Positions 59,175-64,000 of a DNA stretch of 64,000 nucleotides are shown here, piece by piece. The notes below the pieces were generated by a model. The model saw only the letters and a program-made list of their open reading frames with translations, was not told the DNA's origin and did not search any database. The translations under genes and the position numbers were made by a program. The stretch covers positions 47,058,001-47,122,000 of the forward strand of contig OX597822.1 of assembly GCA_951406725.2 (NCBI GenBank), in the 5' to 3' direction. This DNA comes from Octopus vulgaris (taxonomy: Eukaryota). Positions within the stretch are counted from its first letter, which is position 1. Every line of letters begins with the position of its first letter.

Positions 59175-59377
59175 TTTTATCCTTTTATTTGTTTTAATAA
59201 TTTGACAGCGGCCATTCTGGAGCACCGCATTTCGTCCAACAAATCGACCCCAGGACTTATTTTTTGTAAGCCTAGTACTTATTCTATCGGTCTCTTTGCC
59301 GAGCCGCTATGTTACGGGGCTACGTCAACACACCAACATCGGTTATCAAGCGATGGTAGGGCGACAAACAGAGACAA

Positions 59378-59467
<90 letters not shown>

Positions 59468-59592
59468 TCCGTCTCTCAAATCCAGTGACAAGATCTTGGT
59501 CGGCTCGAGGCCATGGTAGGGGACACTCGCCCAAAGTTCCACATAATGGGACTGAACCCAGAACTACTTACCACACAGTCACTCCTGCGCCT
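59175..59592 (-). mobile_element. Family A SINE
   Basis: Homologous to 128-548. Confidence 0.85.
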
Positions 59593-59648
59593 ATAAGCCA
59601 CATATGTGTGTGTGTGTATGTGTGGAAGCCACATATATGTGTGTGTGT

Positions 59649-59704
<56 letters not shown>

Positions 59705-59733
59705 TAGGCGCATGAGTGGCTGTGTGGTATATA

Positions 59734-60797
59734 TCTATAATATAAATTGGACATGGGCGATCGTTGTATTCTTTCTTGTCTTGAGGTTCACAGCCAAACG
59801 GCTGGGTGGATTCGCGTGAAAAATGGCACACATGTGCAGACTGGTGCATACATTGGAATGCGGTTTGTATTTTACCCTAGCTCCCATTCTTACCAAGAAA
59901 ATCAATCAAAACTTTTCTAATGGAATTCCCCTGTTTGTTCCGCCATTAAAACAACCAACTGCTCACACAACCAACATTTGCCATTTCGCTAGCAACAAGG
60001 GGAGTACAAGGTGACATCAGCCAAAACTTTCGCTATGCTGTCTCTCTTCTTCTCTCTCACATACACACGCGCAAGCACGCACACACACACATACGCACAC
60101 ACATACACACACATACACACACGCATCCATTTCATATATCTTCTTTCAATTTCTGCTCTCTGCAAATAAAATTTTTACGGATACAACTGCTTACGAAATA
60201 GGGATTAATGTATAATTTCTTTCTATGTTCATAATTAAATCAATGTTTTAATGATTAGACTGAGGTCCAATAAAATAGCTCTCAGAAACAGACTACGTAC
60301 AAATTCTTTCTTCACAACTCCTGAAGTTGTTTTCTGAGGGGAGGGGCTCCAATCAAATCAGGGGACCCGAAATGATATGGTTGAGAAACGCTGTTATAAA
60401 TTATGCCCAACTGAAAACGATCATAGCCACATCATCCAAACAGACCGGGTGAAACCGGGCTTAGCTGCTAGTCTATAGATATAAATTTGACATGGGCGAT
60501 TCTTTCTTCAAGACAAGAAAGAATTTTTGTTTTATTTTTTATGTTTGTTTCTGTTGTTTTGCATCTTTATGTGTTGCATCTGTGTTCGCTTAGTATTTGG
60601 GTTTATTTTTGATTTGGTTGAATCTTGGGTGTTTTTCTTTTTTTAGGTTAGTTATTTTTAGCGTTTTGACAGAAAAAAAGTCATTCTAAAATTGTATTTT
60701 AACGTAAGCGTGCCCAAACAAGTTGAATGCTTACACAGAGCAGGTTTTACAGCCACATCATCCAAACCGACCGGGTGAAACCGGGCTTAGCTGCTAG
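59734..60797 (+). mobile_element. Head-to-tail tandem of two non-autonomous Helitrons (59734-60471, 60472-60797)
   Basis: Both start TCTATA..ATAAATT.GACATGGGCGAT and end GACCGGGTGAAACCGGGCTTAGCTGCTAG; outer flanks A and T. Confidence 0.85.
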
Positions 60798-60808
60798 TAT
60801 ATATATAT

Positions 60809-60863
<55 letters not shown>

Positions 60864-61151
60864 CACAAATAATACATAGCTGTTTTTAAATATATATTTG
60901 TAAGTTTTCTCTTAAATTTTTTAATTTCATGGAGTAAGCTACTCCAAATAACCCAGTACAATAAATTTAACTGACATAATGACGACATGATGGTATTTCA
61001 AAAAAATTACTGCAAACAACAACTATAGCTTTATTGCATTTTATTAATCTTTCTCATCTTATTTTGCAACAGACCGTAACATTTATTATTATCATCATTA
61101 TTATTGTTGTTGTTGCTGTCGTCGTCGTCGTCGTCATCATTATTATTATTA

Positions 61152-61530
61152 AGGCGGCGAGCTGGCAGAAACGTTAGCACGCCGGTGGAAATGCTTAGTG
61201 ATATTTCGTCTGCCGTTACGTTCTGAGTTCAAATTCCGCCGAAGTCGACTTTGCTTTTCATCCTTTCGGGATCGATAAATTAAGTAGCAGTTACGCACTG
61301 GGGTCGATGTAATCGACTTAATCCGTTTGTCTGTCCTTGTTTGTCCTCTCTGTGTTTAGCCCCTTGTGGGTAGTAAGGAAAAAGGTATTTCGTTTGCCGT
61401 TACGTTCTGAGTTCGAATTCCGCCGAGGTCGACTTTGCCTTTCGTCCTTTCGGGGTTGATGAAATGAGTACCAGTTAGGCACTGGAGTCGATCTAATCGA
61501 CTATCCCCCTCCCCCAAATTTTAGGTCCTG
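61152..61530 (+). mobile_element. Dimeric family B SINE in (TTA)n
   Basis: Reverse complement of 2660-3041. Confidence 0.9.
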
Positions 61531-61557
61531 TACTTATAATAGATAATTGATATTATC

Positions 61558-61625
<68 letters not shown>

Positions 61626-61627
61626 CA

Positions 61628-61682
<55 letters not shown>

Positions 61683-61683
<1 letters not shown>

Positions 61684-61910
61684 AACTCACATCTTATTTT
61701 GTTGGGTATGATGGAAAGTGTCAGCTGTCCGCAGCCAGCAGACTAAGGTGACACTTGTTTACTGGTCATGCTTCAAGAGCCCTGCGAAAAATTCTTGCAG
61801 TTCCAAGCGATGCTGATTTTTGTAGGTGTTCTACCTTCACACTTGGACCGATCTTTTTTCAGCCAAGCTGGTAGCTGAGTGCTGATATTTCCAAGTGTAC
61901 CAATTACTAT
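61683..61910 (-). pseudogene. R4/Dong-type 3' end abutting (TAA)n
   Basis: VEHLQKSASLGTARIFRRALEA* plus a UTR similar to 34350-34430. Confidence 0.75.
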
Positions 61911-61955
61911 TGGTATCACGTCTACTTAGTAGTAGTAGTGGTGGTGGTGGTGGTG

Positions 61956-61988
<33 letters not shown>

Positions 61989-61989
61989 A

Positions 61990-62047
<58 letters not shown>

Positions 62048-62069
62048 TGTAGGAGGAGGAGGAGGAGGA

Positions 62070-62103
<34 letters not shown>

Positions 62104-62499
62104 CATATGATGTGGAAAGATATGACTTACCGCGTCGCAGAATTTGTTTTAGGACAAGTGTAACTAAAGGGGAACCTTTCTGGAAGGTTGCTGATTATCT
62201 CATCCATAGTTGTAGAGAATTGAGGTTGGTTATTTAAAAATATTTTTCAACATAAATTTGTTGCGTTTCCGTTCAACCAAAAATAATAACGAGGGATGAG
62301 GCTAAAATCCCATTTCAAAGAAAAAAAAAAAATCAAACGAACACTACAACACAGAAAAAAAATGGTGACACGAACATATATTTTGCAACCCGGCGAACGC
62401 GTTTTGAAAAAGGAGAAATAATATTTCTGCAAACTTTAAAGGGAAAACAATTGGAACGACGCTTTTGCCGGCAGTAACATACCAACGTACATTTTGTTG

Positions 62500-63760
62500 A
62501 TGATCAAAACTGTCAGTGGTTGGAGTTTTGTTCCAAGTTAAGTGTTAAACACAGGCAATTTTTATACGTGGGTAGAATGCAGTCAAAGAAGACAGCTTAG
62601 TAGGGCTGTGTCACAAAGTGTGTGTTTCCTTGTCCGAGAAATTTGTTCAAGAGCGAGTAAGGGGAAAAGTGACTACTCACACCTCAAGGAAAGCAGGGGA
62701 ACACGCATTGGATCATCAAAGGAGCGACTGAAGGTGGCTTTGGGTGGTTTGTGGAGCAATGTGTGTTAGCCATCGATCAGAGCAAGGCATGCAGAAATCT
62801 TTGCCAGATTTTCAAGACTGAGAAGGAAACGAAATGATGAGCAGAATTTGTGAAACATACCTGCCGTGAGTCTGATACTGCAATAGATTGGCAAGTACAG
62901 CATAAGAGTAACAACCAGAATCATGAGTAATGACATTGACTTCTGGCTCATTCTCGCTTTTGTCGTGCAATATGGATGGGTGACGAGTACAGAGCGAACA
63001 AAAAATGCTATCTGGTTGGGAAAAGTCAGTGTGGATTTATAAATTTTCATAACATTCGAATATCACGAGGCCATTCTGGAAATATAATTTGGAAACAGCG
63101 CCAGTGAGATTGAAGACTGGGAAAGCAGATTAGAAAGTTCAGCTGTTACACTTCTAGCCAAAAGTTCCACTTAAAGTATTTCTGCTTTGAGGAGTTGCAA
63201 TCTTCTCATTAAAAAGACGACTGCAGCTCGTCTCTTTAACGGAACTGCAATCCTGGATCAAACGAAGTTTGAAACAGGACATTCTGCATCCGGAATATCG
63301 TCAAGCGCTCACAATCCTCTTGTAGAGCAATGCGGTTGGTGGAAGTCCCACGTTGGCTTCCTACAGAAGATTAGTGGCGGGTAAAAGCGACAGTAATCTC
63401 GAGCAAACTCTGAACGTTGATAAAAACCAATAGGGTATTCTATTCCGAAGAAGTTTCGGGTCGAGACCATGGATAATTTCCAGAAATTCCGGACCTAGCA
63501 GTACTAGTGAAGTGAAGTTGGGCGTTGTTGATTAGAGATAAACTCTAGCGACATGGATGTGTCGTCAGGCACCTGTCCCAGGTTCGCGCAGAGTATCGAA
63601 ACCATTCTGTATTCGCTCCTCTGGTGCCCCAAACATTGCTGACTTGAGGAAGTTATATCGACCAGCAGCTGCCATGTATGGGACGGATCCAGCTATCAGT
63701 TGAATCCACTGTAAAGATCGTCTCGCCATTTTCGTTTGACCGGAAAGAGAAGCCATTCTT
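62500..63760 (-). pseudogene. Possible very old CR1/L2-type LINE remnant
   Basis: Weak motifs LQEDCERL, IYKS..FVRSVL, FYPR..WNK in the expected order. Confidence 0.25.
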
Positions 63761-64000
63761 TATCTGTCCTGTGGTTCTGTCGGAAGACGTTGTGTGGTGG
63801 GTAAGAATGAAAAGATAGAAAGCAGACCTCATTTTTGTTTAAAATATTTTGTTTGTCGTTGTGATTTTCTGATCGAGCAGATTTATAATGAAAAGTTTCC
63901 TATCTATGACTACTCTGTTTTGTTGTTGCAGATCTTCAGATAATTTAGCTGCTATTTCTAACAGTTTAGTGACCACATAAGGCTCTTTATTTGGACCGTA

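Overview
AT-rich, repeat-saturated eukaryotic DNA, most likely intronic or intergenic sequence of an octopus (inferred from the microsatellite load and the tRNA-derived SINE families). No intact host gene or convincing exon was found, and almost all supplied ORFs are translations of simple repeats. Contents: many tRNA-derived SINEs (several modular families), decayed mariner, RTE, R4/Dong-type (RLE) and Penelope-like (PLE) fragments, non-autonomous Helitrons (including a perfect CTAG|TC head-to-tail junction), two minisatellites associated with SINEs, and several long hairpins. Main observation: six loci in related or analogous (TA)n-embedded non-coding elements (27195-27258 -, 28039-28101 +, 28877-28939 +, 43964-44029 +, 57623-57688 -, 58926-58986 -) carry the hammerhead ribozyme core boxes (CUGANGA, GAAA, NUH) with covarying stems I and III. 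The three strands are in the order [III'-UH-I]-[II'-GAAA-III]-[I'-CUGANGA-II], which is not one of the circular permutations of types I/II/III. This suggests a pseudoknotted 'reverse-order' hammerhead. One pair sits in ~406-bp direct repeats, as in a retrozyme. All analysis was by eye and self-cleavage is a hypothesis.
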